A stretch of DNA of 59,846 bases, filler included, from Sphacelaria rigidula (taxonomy: Eukaryota), in the NCBI GenBank assembly GCA_964200075.2. It is 6 parts of 6 records of this genome, joined end to end, with 100 filler letters (N's around TTAATTAATTAA, not from the genome) between each part and the next. Parts side by side here need not be neighbours in the genome. Positions count along the whole stretch, not along the records: positions 39,967 to 49,856 come from CAXNAA020007545.1; positions 49,957 to 59,846 come from CAXNAA020007546.1; 4 more parts are not named here. The stretch is one strand, 5' to 3'. The notes under the pieces were generated by a model. The model saw nothing but the letters and a program-made list of their open reading frames with translations. It was not told where the DNA came from and ran no database searches. The first letter of the stretch is position 1. Every line of letters begins with the position of its first letter. Position numbers and translations under genes: made by a program. Positions 48,523-59,846 of this stretch are shown here, in pieces.

Positions 48523-49856
48523 ATGATGATGCGTTTTAAAGATCGTTGGCATCTGCCCCCAAAGTGGATCGTTTCGCTGACGGCGGTCGTCGCCGGCGCA
48601 ACAGTGTGAAGTCTCTCTCAGACACTCAACAAGAGGCGCTCGAAACCTCGATGACTAGTCCAAATAAGTATATTTCCAGTATACTTTGTCACGTGTTCCA
48701 TAGCGCTTAGACGCAAGGAGGGGTTGCTCAAAAGATGCGGCACAAGGAATGACGGTGGGTTTTCTGTTGAACTCCTGACCATAATGCTTTCGCTGCCGCG
48801 CAGAACCTTCTGCGTTAGGGGCACATGGTCGAAAGCGGTTGCGAATTCCGAGCCTTCTGGGCAAAGTAAATGCCATTTCGATGGTCTGTTGAACCTCAAT
48901 CAAATATTGAACCTCAAAAACGAATCCAGGCTGTTCAATGCTGGCTACAAACCATCCGGGAGAGAAACGTTTCAACAGAACATGTTGTGAGAGTACTCCC
49001 TCCCAAAACGGTCTGTTGTTTTCGTGTTGTGGCTGTTTGAGGTTTTACGTGCGTGCTGGTCATGACTGCACATGACGCGATCTACCGCCCTCGGCTGCAT
49101 GATGGTATGACCCTCCCATATATGTAAATCTGAACTGACAGGCATCCAGACGGTATGGCCATACGTTTAGCGCATGCCGCCGCGCTAGGTCTGTATTATA
49201 CAGGTCACAACACGTATCTGCCCGACATGGTGCTGTCCCCGACGGTATTTTTAGGTACAGTACAGTACCATACCGTGCGTGTTGCGTTGTGGCGGTATCC
49301 CTTCTATATCTCGATGCTCTTGTGGTTGTCTTTGGTCAGCACTGGACTACGGGGTTTTCGGGACTGTCGTGTAGACACTAGGAAAGTGTATGCTGGAGTC
49401 TCACCATTACCGCAGCTAAGCTCAGCCGTGTGGACATACATTCGCAGTCAATGTATGGGTTTTGCAGGCAGCACAGGCTTTTGAAAATTCTGCTATTGCT
49501 CCAAGTGACATGTGAATTGCGGGGCAAAAACGATGGGTTTGAAACAATTTTTTGTGCCTCTGGAATCTCACACGCCGATTACGGTAGTTTATGTGGGACT
49601 TGCACAGCTGAAGCCGTTCGCAATATTTTTGCCCAAATGCTGGATAAATTGGCGGTCAAAGTAAACATTTATTTCGAGCAGCTTCTACTGTACAAATTCC
49701 AATTCCGCGAGTGTATGGGATTTGTACAGCAGAAGCTGTCCGAAATATATACTCTGCAGTACTCTGTTTGCCCAATATTGGAAATTGGGTGAAAAGAGGA
49801 TTCATTTCGAACAGCTTCTAACAACAAATTGTGCGAATTGAGGTTTAACTTCGAGA

Positions 49857-49956
49857 NNNNNNNNNNNNNNNNNNNNNNNNNNNNNNNNNNNNNNNNNNNN
49901 TTAATTAATTAANNNNNNNNNNNNNNNNNNNNNNNNNNNNNNNNNNNNNNNNNNNN
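49857..49956. other. Artificial contig linker
   Basis: N44-TTAATTAATTAA-N44. Confidence 0.98.
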
Positions 49957-51111
49957 TTGTGGCGAGCCAGTGTCGGGCAGGGCAACGGCCATCAAAGGGC
50001 GTGTTGCATGCACTCCACTATGCATACCTATTCGGGTTGTGAAGGAGGCGTCATCCATGAGTGCAGTTCCACTTACCAAGTCTGGTCCGTATTCCGACAA
50101 GTGATGTGCAGCCACATCGCTTTTGTGTTGTTGGGCAATGATACTAAAATAGACTCGAGATTGATCCTCCAGAACGAATGTGTTTTCCGAGGGGCCGTCG
50201 TGGCACGGGGGGTTCTGCATGGCGAGTGGTGCAGTAGACGAATGCTGGATTTCGTACGCAGTCAGGGATAGAACGCCTAGGAAGGGAAGTGAATGTGGAT
50301 GTTCGCGATAATTGCTTGGAGCTATGAGCAACAGGGGAGAAACAGTCCTGATCGGGCTGCCATTTGGACGGTACAGCCGGGGGTTGTCCGGCACCATGAG
50401 ACATATACATGCAGGGCGTAGCGGTTTTACTGTCCCAACAATTGTCAACGCTACTTTATTCTCCAACATAGATTCCGTGGGATCGGCAGCAAGCGGCGCT
50501 GATCTGTTCGGGATCTGGGAAACACCGACCTGTTCTACGACAAGGCCTTCATCAGCTGTGCCCGGCACCCGGGCACCTTCTTGGTGGGCGGATGCAGCGG
50601 CAACTACAGGTTTATTTACAGTTTCGTCCGGAAGAGCCCTCTCCTGGTGTCGCGTATAGGGCACTCTAAAGCCGGCTGTTCTAGGGGCTTTTGAGAAGTT
50701 GACAAGGTCAGTCCGTTCGTGGCTAAACGCGTGGTGCTTGGTCGGCACTGTCGGTTGGGGTTCCTTCCCAACCCGCTGAGGTACGGAAAACAAGGGTTCG
50801 GCACTGGCGCGCGTAGTGCACGAAAAAGTACGCTCACCCAATAAAAGGGGACCGGGCACACGCGGAATTTCGCACGCGTGTGTTACCTTGTTCGACTGGA
50901 CTCTTGAGTCCTTCTCGGGGCTGGGGAGTCTCTGTAAACATTCCATCCTACGTTGAACGGTCGTAGGGGTAGCAGCTACTGTATCAGAAGATGTTCCTGC
51001 TTCTAAAGCGGTAGGCGCTACGCTACATGACTGCCGATTCCGCGGGGCGATCAGATCCAACTGGCAACACGCTATCAACGTCTCACGCCTTGAAAGATAT
51101 CCAAGTGGCAC
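49957..51111 (-). CDS. Ty3/Gypsy ORF running into the aspartic protease active site; truncated by the contig end
   Basis: About 385 open codons ending MAVALPDTGSPQ (cf. ALLDTGS retropepsin motif; GAC at 49974-49972). Lies downstream of gag on the same strand. Confidence 0.6.
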
Positions 51112-51533
51112 TGATAACTCTCACTCGGAAATACAACTGGGTGATCAGATCCAATATGAAAACACTGTGGTTGGTCATTGCGCATTTGGGAGTCATACAA
51201 TGTTGCACGGGACTATGCTGTCATGGAACCCATCATGACAGAACGGTCAACGCTAGCGTACCCACACCACAAGCGAGAACCCACGCTGGCCGACGAGGAC
51301 TTTGTCAAGTGGTGGGGGTGCACTGGCTGAGTGAAAGAAAATATATCGCCGCGGTTTGTTGTTGAAGGTTGCTGGGACCCGACTGTGGGCCTATGGTCGA
51401 CGACGGGGTTTGAAGTAGAAGTGTCATCAAAACGTAAATAGGGTGACGGCGAAGTGTTACAAGCGGTCACACACGTAGAGGTACCTCGTTGGTGATGTGG
51501 AAACGCGGGGTATTGAGCGTTTCCCAAACACCG

Positions 51534-54500
51534 TCAGGTGGTACGTTTGGCATCGGTAGAGTCGTGGGTCCCATTCTGACGAGATGTGTTCGGGGCAGTA
51601 GAGGTTTTTGTGGGGGGGCTAGGAGAACTTGAGTGTTGAGTCTGGTTTGGTGGTTGAACCGCGCCAGAATGGGCGGGGGCTACGTGAGAGGGGGCCGCGT
51701 TAGCGGGCTGAGCGTGATAATAGGAATGTTGGTATTGAGGGGGGGCGCGAGTGTCACCATTATAGTGGCGATTGCCGCGCCGGGGGCGTTGGTATGAATT
51801 GCGGGCGCCGCTGGGTTGAGGGCGACGGTAAGACCGCATACGTGCTTGCCAAGTTGGCCAAAAGTGCGCAAACTGGGGCTCGGAGAACATGGGGTTGAGT
51901 ACGCCAAATGCGTTTGTGAACGGGGCTTCGCAGTGACGCATGGAGTGCGTGGGAACTTGACCATCTGCGGAGTACCCCGTTTGAGGATTGAACCAAATGC
52001 CACAGTTCAGGCAGTGATCTTTGCAGCGGCGAAATACATCTGATCGAAGGTTAGGGTCTTCGGTACTGGCCCAGAGGGGGGGTCTGTTGTGTTCATCGAA
52101 GTGCTTACCTGAAACACTTCCGGCCAAATTTCCGTCGCGAAGGGCCAGCTTGAAAAACGACTGTTGAATGCGTCGGGGGTGTGTGCGAACATGATCTCCC
52201 CAGTAGAGGCCATAGATGCAGGAATCCATGGGCGTTGGTTTGTCTCAGAAGGTGGTGCTTGGGGGTGAGACGCAGGGGGGGCGGCAACCGGGTGAGGCAA
52301 AAGGGTGGCGGAAGCATGGTGGCTGTGCCGTACAGAAGGGCCGTTGTGAATTGCGGAGGAGCCACTCTGCTTTGCATCCGTCACATCTAATGCCGGAGTG
52401 CGGTTGGACCGGAGTTCATCTAATTTCGTCCACATAGCGTCCAAGGTTGGAAACGGGACCGGTGAAGTAGCTGCGGTACCAACAAAGACGGTTGGCATGA
52501 GGCTAGGATATTGGCGTCCCATATCGGAACGGAAAAGACTCATCACCATTTCTTGTGATGGGACAGGTTCGCTGCCACCGTTTACCGTAACCGAAATTAA
52601 AGTGCGAAATTCCTTGAGGTAGTGGTCAAAAGGGATGTCGACGGGTACCGTAAACGATAGTAGGCGTTCGAGTGACTCGCCTTCGTGGGTGATGTCCAGG
52701 GATGAACTGATGAGTCTGAGGAGGAGGGTGAAAGCGGTGTAACCGCCATTACCGAGGGTGAGGGAGCCTGCGGCTTGTGCGAAGTGGTGGTCAAGAATAT
52801 CGGACGATTTAGATGCCTCGGGAGAGCTGAAATCGATGGCACCCTTCAAAGTCTTTTGTAAAGGTCGAAGCCAGCCATCTACCCAATCACTGGTCTCAAG
52901 GTCGACGAATGTGTTGTCGCAGTGTGAGAGGGTAACAATAACTACAGTAGTGAGGGATTGTCGTAACTGGCTGCAGGCAAGGTTTACATCAGAGCCCACA
53001 GGAAAGGGTAGTGGAGGCTTGACTTTGCTCACCGCGATCCCATCGACATTGAATCCGATTTTGGTCACTCATCCACTGGTTCACCTGCACTTTCCAACGC
53101 CACTCCGAATGTCGCCCCTCTAGCCACGGGACTACCTCCCATGCCACCTGCAAAGTCTTGGCGGTTTGCCGGAGGAGGTGGGCTTCCTTGTTCTGCCCCT
53201 CCGCCAAGGCTTTGCGTTTGGCTTCGACCTCACGACGGACGCGCTGGTTTTCTTGAGCGTGCTCAAAAGCTTCACGGTTCTTACGTTCTACTTGCGCTTG
53301 TACGGTCTGGGCCAACAAGTCGTCCCAGTACGCGGCTTGTTCCTCGCGGGAAAATTTGTCCCACGCGTGGGCTGGAATAGCAGCGGGACGGCTATGTTTG
53401 AACTGGGTCTTAGCACGTGCTTTCTTGGGCAGGCGCGTAGACGGGTTTTTTCCCGACTCACGACCACTCGTCGAGGATACGACGTTAGAAGCGTAGAGCT
53501 CAGCCGGGGAATGATCACGAACCGAATGGTCACCACTAACAGTAGAGTCGACGTGTCTAGTGTCATTGGTAAGAGTTTGAGCGGTGGCGGCATACAGTGG
53601 GAAATCAAGTCCCGGCTGTACGTCGGGCACCGTAGAGAGGGGAATTCCTCCCGACTGAGATTGGGCATCATCATCATCCTCTACACTTTCAATGACTGGA
53701 TCATGCAAGGCTGTGTCCGACGCAAGCAGTGGTTCACCGGATTCGGAAGAGGATGTGCCTTCTTCATCGGCACGTACCTCTAGCGAAGCCGGGAAGTTAG
53801 ACATTGCTTGTGTACCTGCGCGGGTGCGCGTCACAGTCATTGTAGAAAGAAGGAGAGTAATGAGTGACCGGGGTGTTACATTGGAAATGGAAGAGGCAAA
53901 AAATCTATTGGAAGAGGCTGTGGGCGTGGTGGGGGTCGTCCAGGCCCCCGTGAAAGACAGGGAGGGGCGATCTAAGAAGGTATGAGAAAGAGTGTGTGGA
54001 CGAGTTGTCCGTACCGGAGTCCACGAAATGTACTGGATGAACACAGGACCTTGGGAAGAGGGTGGTACGGGAGTGTTATCACGGATATTGGTTTCACATA
54101 CATAGTACAGGGTGGGGTCGGATGATGTACAGTCAACACTTAGGCTGGGCACAAAAAAAATGTGCTGCACGGTGAGCATATTTTGAGACAGCAAGAGACG
54201 GTCAACATTAGCTACTGAAGAAAAAACGGGCGGCGGTACATGCGGCGGGGCGGGTGTAGCGAAAGGATGCACGCTGATACAGTGCCGGTGGTGGTAGAAA
54301 AGAGTTGGTATCGGATAATGTACGGGCTGCTCATGTGGGAAAAAATGTAATGGGGCAGGAGAGTCGCGGTATAAATTGGACTCTACCTGGTGACTCGCAT
54401 CCGCTACAGAGTAGATGGGTATCATTACTGAGGCAGTTGCCACAGATAGGCAGCTGGGACGAGCAGGTGAGGATCGTGGGAGGGCAAGTGCTATTGCTCC

Positions 54501-54587
54501 CGTACGTTCGCGTCGGAGTCGGCGCAGGGTGCGAGCGTCTAGTGTATCAGAGGCCAATGAACTCATCTTGCCAGGGATAGAGGACAA
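51534..54587 (-). pseudogene. LTR retrotransposon gag-like region split across three overlapping frames
   Basis: ORFs 52989-54587, 52007-53068 and 51534-52229. Likely start MTVTRTRAG (ATG 53840), a coiled-coil, a helical capsid-like part (LERLLSF..PFDHYLKEFRTL) and a CCHC knuckle CLNCG...HSMRHC. Frameshifts at about 53070-53200 and in the C7 run at 52076-52082. Confidence 0.7.
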
Positions 54588-54780
54588 AGCAACAGCTACA
54601 GACGGCTAGACGATGAACAAACAAAAGAGACGCGTATGCAAGGCACACAGTGGTAGTGTAGTGTACACGGCAGCTCGGCAGTCTGAACACAACGCAACTA
54701 AAAACAAAAGTACAGCAGAGGCTGTGCGGGAGCTCCAACTATGATGTGATAGGGGTGAAAGCACCTTGTGGAGGTGGTAA

Positions 54781-54792
54781 TGGTGTTCACCA
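54781..54792 (-). promoter_or_regulatory. Putative primer-binding site
   Basis: TGGTGAACACCA begins 4 nt after the putative LTR end (...CTGGAACA ATCT TGG). It resembles a tRNA-Trp-type PBS; the primer identity is unverified. Confidence 0.55.
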
Positions 54793-54796
54793 AGAT

Positions 54797-55079
54797 TGTT
54801 CCAGGCTCAGACCTCTGCGTACGTTGTTTGTTTACTCAGCTCAGCAGCGCAGGCTGACCACAGTCGCTCTCGTGTTGTTTTCACACAAGGAGACAACAAG
54901 CAATTACAGACGAGAGTAGCACCGTTTTTGTTTCACACAGTTGATTATATCCGAGCTTCATCTACAGCTTCAGCTGCAGAACACAAATACAACACAAACC
55001 GAAACAGGCCTAAGCTTTAACCAATAAAACACACCAGACAAAACAGCAGCCCGACTACAGCTCTTATCTCTGGGACTCA
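54797..55079 (-). mobile_element. Putative 5' LTR (about 283 bp)
   Basis: TG...CA boundaries with an imperfect inverted repeat (TGAGTCCCAG / CTGGAACA), internal GATATAAT, adjacent PBS. No second LTR in the window to confirm the outer edge. Confidence 0.5.
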
Positions 55080-55996
55080 CTTTCTCGCGGTTAGTAGATA
55101 CTCCAATGAGGAAACTGGTGAATCGCAGCCAATCACCAAGATGAGAAGAGAGTGAGGTCGTAGGGGCTGCTATTTCGATTGCGCTTCGCTGCCCCCTAAA
55201 CCAACATAGCTAAGGTCATATAATACAATCCAAAAGCCGTGCTCCTCAATTCATGCCATGGTTGGGTCACTACCTTTTTTCGAATTCAAATACATGCTCT
55301 CCGTAAAACGTCAACCTCAAGGGGCAGCGAATTCTTCGCTAAATGAGCATGAAAATATCCATCATTTAATGTCACCTTTGCCCAAGATCATGGCTACGTC
55401 TTGCAGTCACATAATATCACAGATACATAATATGTGATATGTATCAGGGTATCCACTGTCCACGGCAGCTGATCGCACCCGTCAACGCTTTGGCAATAGA
55501 CCAGGGGACACACGGCTGGTGTCCCCCCCCCCCCCCCCCTTAACAAGTCAAGTTTTCGATCTTAGGGCCTACGTGTCTAGAATTCTTATTCGCTATCTCC
55601 TGCTCACCAACGCAATTGAGATAAAAGTAAAGACGTACTAGTGCACGGACAAGCCCGAGGCCTTTTTCCCAACTGTCCGTAACATGGTGCTTCCAACCGG
55701 GAGAGCCGCAACTGCAGCAACTTTCCCGCGCCGCGACAACAGCAGCTGTCGTTTTGCGCCTTTGCAACAACATGTGCTTTGCTTTTGTTGACTTTTATTT
55801 TTTTCATTATTCTTTTTTGTTACGTCTTAGTCTACTATGTCGTTCTGTTCGACTTTCTTTTTTCTTCTGTTCCTTCTTTTCTTCAGCGAGTGGTTCAGTT
55901 TTGTCTTTCTTGAGTACGTCTATCACGAGACCACAACTGGACCTCTGGGTGGTCAGTTAGAGTGCAACAATCACATAAAAAAATCAAATCAACAAC

Positions 55997-57060
55997 ATGC
56001 CGGTCGAGCGCCGCAGATGAATCTATTTGCTGCCCTAGACCAACAATTTTCGCAACCGGTAGTTCCTCCGCTTTTTCAGCGGATACCTCCAGTATATGGG
56101 TCTCGGTTGGCATTGTTCATCCCAGGGAAGGCGCAATCAGCAGGGTACATCCCAGTGCCCAGCTGCTGCCACCGCCGCCGCCTCTGTAGCATCGATCTAG
56201 ATGCTAGGTGTAGGTTTCCTAGCCCAGTAGGTGCGTATACAAGTTCATGATATAGGTCATTTCACACGTCCGAAGCCACCCCTGCTACGTAAAGCGAGGA
56301 TGAACGAGTTGCAAGCTGCCATGGCGCAGTTCTGCACCAGAGAGTCATCTTTGATCAACTTTGATCCAACGTACTCCGACACAAGCTGTATCCCGCCGGG
56401 GATCCAGTCTTGGCGAATTGCTGATGCCGATCCAATAGGATTTTGGCACCATCGGAGGGGATTGAACGCCATTTGAGCCGGCGAGAGGAAAAACGATGAA
56501 TAGCAGCGGGGTACGAACTGAAGTTTGGCACCACAACAAGAATAGCCACCGCCTACCAGTAACGGTGTTACTGGAAACCGGGGCAGGGGGGGGGAGCTAT
56601 GCATCAAAGGATTGATGGAGGTCGCTATTATAGTAGCGTGAGGTAATGTAGCAAACAAGTTACAGCGACAGGGAGCAGGATTTTTGAGGGCTGCTAACCC
56701 TAGCAACAGTAAGATATCTCCGGTGAAGATTCCGGGATCAGGGGTAATTCCGATTCGTTTCCACCCAGAGGATAGGGTAGGGAAGATATGGGTGAGGCTG
56801 GTACGTTCGAGTCCGGGGCGCCGTTCTTTCCACAACCTCGTGGGAGAATTGCAGCCAGAAGTGTTGGTAAGGGATACACGTCGGGTTGCGCCAATCGATC
56901 GGGTTGCGCCGGAGTTGGAATTGGCCAGTATCGCCAAAGAAGTTGGTCCAGTCATTCTTCTTACCAACCTCTGTGACGACGCTGATCTTGGAGAGTACTG
57001 CTGTAATGGTAGGCTCTCTTGGTTAGAAGGAGCTCTTTGCTCCATTGTTAAGCGGAACTG
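55997..57060 (+). pseudogene. Possible degenerate gag-like remnant of the plus-strand retroelement
   Basis: Stop-interrupted frames with PAAATAAASV, QQE*PPP and NRGRGG low-complexity segments lie upstream of the integrase on the same strand. No diagnostic motif. Confidence 0.25.
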
Positions 57061-57530
57061 ATTATATCACCGAGCAGACCTCAGTCTCAGCCGTGCCAGT
57101 GAGCGCACCGTATCGGAAGAGACGGACCTCTGTGGTCGCCTTGAAATCTGATTGACGGAGGGAAGGACAGCTGCGAGCGTGAAAACGTACGCATTTGACT
57201 ACTCCACGTTGGGTCAGCTATCAGGGCGCACAGGCACCTATTTTCTGGAGCCGATGTGACAGGGCAAGGCGATTCACACTTCCGAGGGTCCGATGCCCAG
57301 GTTATCTTGTTCTCGGCTGACGAAAGGGAAACCAAGGCGCGAGGAACTCAGACCCCATAGGGCGGACGGAGGTGGATGGGAAGAAGCAGTCGAGCTGGAA
57401 AGAGTCGATTTCTTGAGAGTTGTGACCACTCTCGACTGTTACGAGACGCAAACCACGGTAAGTAACGGCGCTATGCAAGAGATTGTGGCTATTTTCGTTC
57501 ACCCGTGGATGATGAAGGCAGTTCTATGAG

Positions 57531-59340
57531 GTGAAAGCGGAAGGTTTGTTTAGCCTGACTCAGATCCAGGGTAAGGATGAGGATTTGAGCACGCTCGCTG
57601 CGATGCGGCCTCGTCACGAAGCAGCGCTACCAGGGGCTTGGGGAGCCGCCCTAACTCGTTCGTCGGTTCAAGAGGCAGAGCAGAAGTCAGACCAAGACTC
57701 TGGTGAGGGGGAGATTTCAACTGAGGAGCCACGGACATCAGGTGAAGATGATCTTCCGACCGTTCTCGAGCAGGCGAGAGCGATTCTGATGGATAAGCCG
57801 CGACTAGTTTCGCTGCAGGAGCGGGACGCCCGGCTTGGGCCCATCAGAGATAGTTTAATGTAGGAGAGCAGGAACGAAGGGACTGGTAAGAGGCAGGAAG
57901 CGTACGTTCTAGATGATGATGATCTTCTATGGTATACGTCAACTCAACTAAAGCGCCAGGTAAGTTAACTCTTCTACGCAGGCTAGTGCCTGACCTGCTG
58001 GCGTTGGTGCACATCACGTATGGGCACGCCGGAGTGATGAGGACGACTGCAGTGGTCAACGTACGCTATGAGTGGCACGGTCTTCTCGCCGATACTCGCA
58101 CATACGTGCTGTCTTGTGGATGTCGCCGACGTAAGCGTACTAATAATCTCACCATAGCGATGCGACCCGCCGGCTTCTTGCAGCCCTGGGAGACAATAGA
58201 GATGGACATAATCGACACGAAGCAGGTTTCTATTTCTGGTAATGGGTACTTGTTGGTTGTTGTGGATCGAGCGAACAAGTTTCTCTTCGCTTTTCCACTA
58301 GTAGTCAAGGCTACTGAGCCCATAGCTAAGTGGTTCTGGTAGTAATCACTTATTGGTTTTTGTGTATCGAGCGGCCTACTTTCTGTTTGCTTTCCCACTA
58401 GCAGCCAAGGTTACTGAGCACGTACCTAAGTGTCTGCCAAGACTGTTCTTCACGTTCGAAATACCTATATCCTTCGAAGTGACGTTGGGAGGGAGTTTAC
58501 TTCGGAAGTAGTATACCATGTATGCCTTGTGGATGAAGGTGAAACCGAATCATGGTCCCGCAGATCACCCTAGTGATCAGGGCGCGGTGGAAAAAACGGA
58601 GGGTGGTTGCATGACGTCTTAGCCGAGTTACGTAGGCAGTGGCTGGAAAGGTGGGGCGAGTATATGGATCCTGCTGTATGTATTCATCGTGCTACTCTCG
58701 ATTTGTCACTGCCTAATACCCCGAAGCCATTGAGGCTGTTTTTTGGGCCCGAGCCGCGCACTCATGTCGACTCTGTACCACCCTAAGCGGAATCACTACC
58801 ATTGAACCACACAGTGGGACAACAACAACGGAATCTGAAGGAGGTTCAGGAGCTATTATCCCAACGACATAGGCGAAGGGAATAAGTGAGATCAGCTAGA
58901 AATGCCGAGATGACTCGCCAGTCGGCAGGATCGCGAGCTCAGGTAGGAGATCTAATGCTAGCCAAGGAATCTGATAGCTGCCTTCTGAAGGATAATGTAC
59001 CGTCCAGATTAGTACACGACTTGTGGATTGGGCCGTCTACGGTGCAGCAAGTGGTGATAACAGGTCTCAGTCTCAAGGTCAACAAGATCGAGAACTTCTA
59101 CAAATTAGATGGGATCGTTTCTGTACGGTGTTCAAATTCCCCACGTGGTCTAACACAGCAGAGCGGTCAACAAGAGCGGGAGGTGCTCCAGACTGGTCGA
59201 GATCGTGCTTGCACGGTATTCAAATTCCCTACGTGGTCAACCCCGGGAGGACGGTCATCAAGATCGACGGCTACACGAAACGACGTCGACTATGCGGGGA
59301 ACGGGAGCATGGTGACGCGGCGATCTACCGTTAAACCCCG
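57531..59340 (+). pseudogene. Ty3/Gypsy integrase remnant
   Basis: HHCC domain (LVHITYGHAGV.RT...RYEW...YVLSCGC) and core (PWETIEMDI...YLLVVVDRANKFLFAFPL ... SDVGREFTS ... DQGAVEK), then C-terminal VGDLML..W.GP. Many frameshifts, plus an internal duplication of about 100 bp (58245-58330 vs 58345-58430). Confidence 0.9.
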
Positions 59341-59372
59341 TTCAGCTCCAGGGTTTTCCAACCCTAGGTCTG

Positions 59373-59770
59373 AGGGGGGGAGGGCGTACTCATTTGTTGC
59401 TTGCCTCAGTTGTGTGACCATTGACCACGCACCCCTTTCGAGCCGGAGCACCGTTCCTACTCCTAATGGAGACACCTTCAACATTCCGACGCTCATTACG
59501 TTTCGTCCGCAGCTCATTACGCTTCTTCCATACATTACACAAAAAACTTTTACATGTCATTTCTCCGTCCTGTTTCGCCGTCTCTGGCCACCATCTATCT
59601 TCTAGTATAGTCATCGTTTCCTCCCCATTGTCTAATGTATCAAACGATTTCATGCCAACTTCGTTCACGTCCCGCATTTCACCATCTAGCACGTCCCGTT
59701 CCTCCTTGTATAGTTCATTTTCTGCCACTATATAACTTCCGCTCTCTATTCCTTCACCACAGAGGTAGTT
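59373..59770 (-). mobile_element. LINE-like retrotransposon 3' end
   Basis: Degenerate C-terminal zinc knuckle (YLCGEGIESGSYIVAENELYKEER, cf. C.C...E...H....C..Y...R of LINE ORF2), then DRWWPETAKQDG...FLCNVWKKRN...ASNK*, GTACG and a C-rich end. Confidence 0.8.
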
Positions 59771-59846
59771 CTCCGCCCCTCACCTCTAGACTCTTGGGTT
59801 GGCGTCGAGTGGCAACGGCGCTGTAAAACAAGCCACCAAAACCTAG

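Noticed and set aside
55503..55539. GGGGACAC/GTGTCCCC hairpin plus C-run as a Helitron end or polypurine tract of a tandem LTR element
   Set aside because: No CTRR terminus follows the hairpin and no TG LTR start follows the G-run on the minus strand.
56257..57045. 262-aa minus-strand ORF as a novel gene
   Set aside because: Its composition (GGG, CC, SS runs) mirrors PPP/QQ/RGRGG segments on the plus strand, so it is more likely the shadow of a decayed retroelement ORF. Not fully excluded.
57230..57260. HLFSGA as a cytosine-methyltransferase motif I inside a retrotransposon
   Set aside because: It lacks the FxGxG glycine pattern and any downstream PC or ENV motifs, and neighbouring frames (TAASVK..) look like decayed integrase C-terminal sequence.

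Overview
This is eukaryotic, intron-rich, transposon-dense DNA of roughly balanced GC. A brown alga or related stramenopile is my inference from gene and repeat style, not something the sequence proves. The window is not one locus: it is six contigs of 9893, 9891, 9891, 9891, 9890 and 9890 bp, sorted by length and joined by identical 100-bp N44-TTAATTAATTAA-N44 linkers, so nothing should be linked across gaps. Contig 1 (1-9893) holds the 5' exons of the Pol I/III subunit RPAC1 (minus strand), a tRNA-Leu(UAA) about 390 bp upstream of its likely ATG, and the probable first exon of a divergent type II membrane protein. Contig 2 (9994-19884) holds probable exons near an inverted repeat pair, LINE 3' tails, an orphan transmembrane ORF, a Copia remnant and a 415-bp foldback. 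Contig 3 (19985-29875) holds a decayed, intron-containing hAT transposase plus MITEs. Contigs 4-5 hold nested MITEs, a CAC-terminated element with a 2-bp TSD and two probable terminal exons. Contig 6 (49957-59846) holds Ty3/Gypsy material (LTR, PBS, gag, protease start on minus; integrase on plus) and a LINE 3' end. I found no CRISPR array, rRNA or prokaryotic system. The best leads are a LINE family that ends in C-runs with no poly(A) and almost no 3' UTR, a Gypsy element with unusual long open extensions, the spliced hAT transposase, and the tRNA in the RPAC1 promoter.
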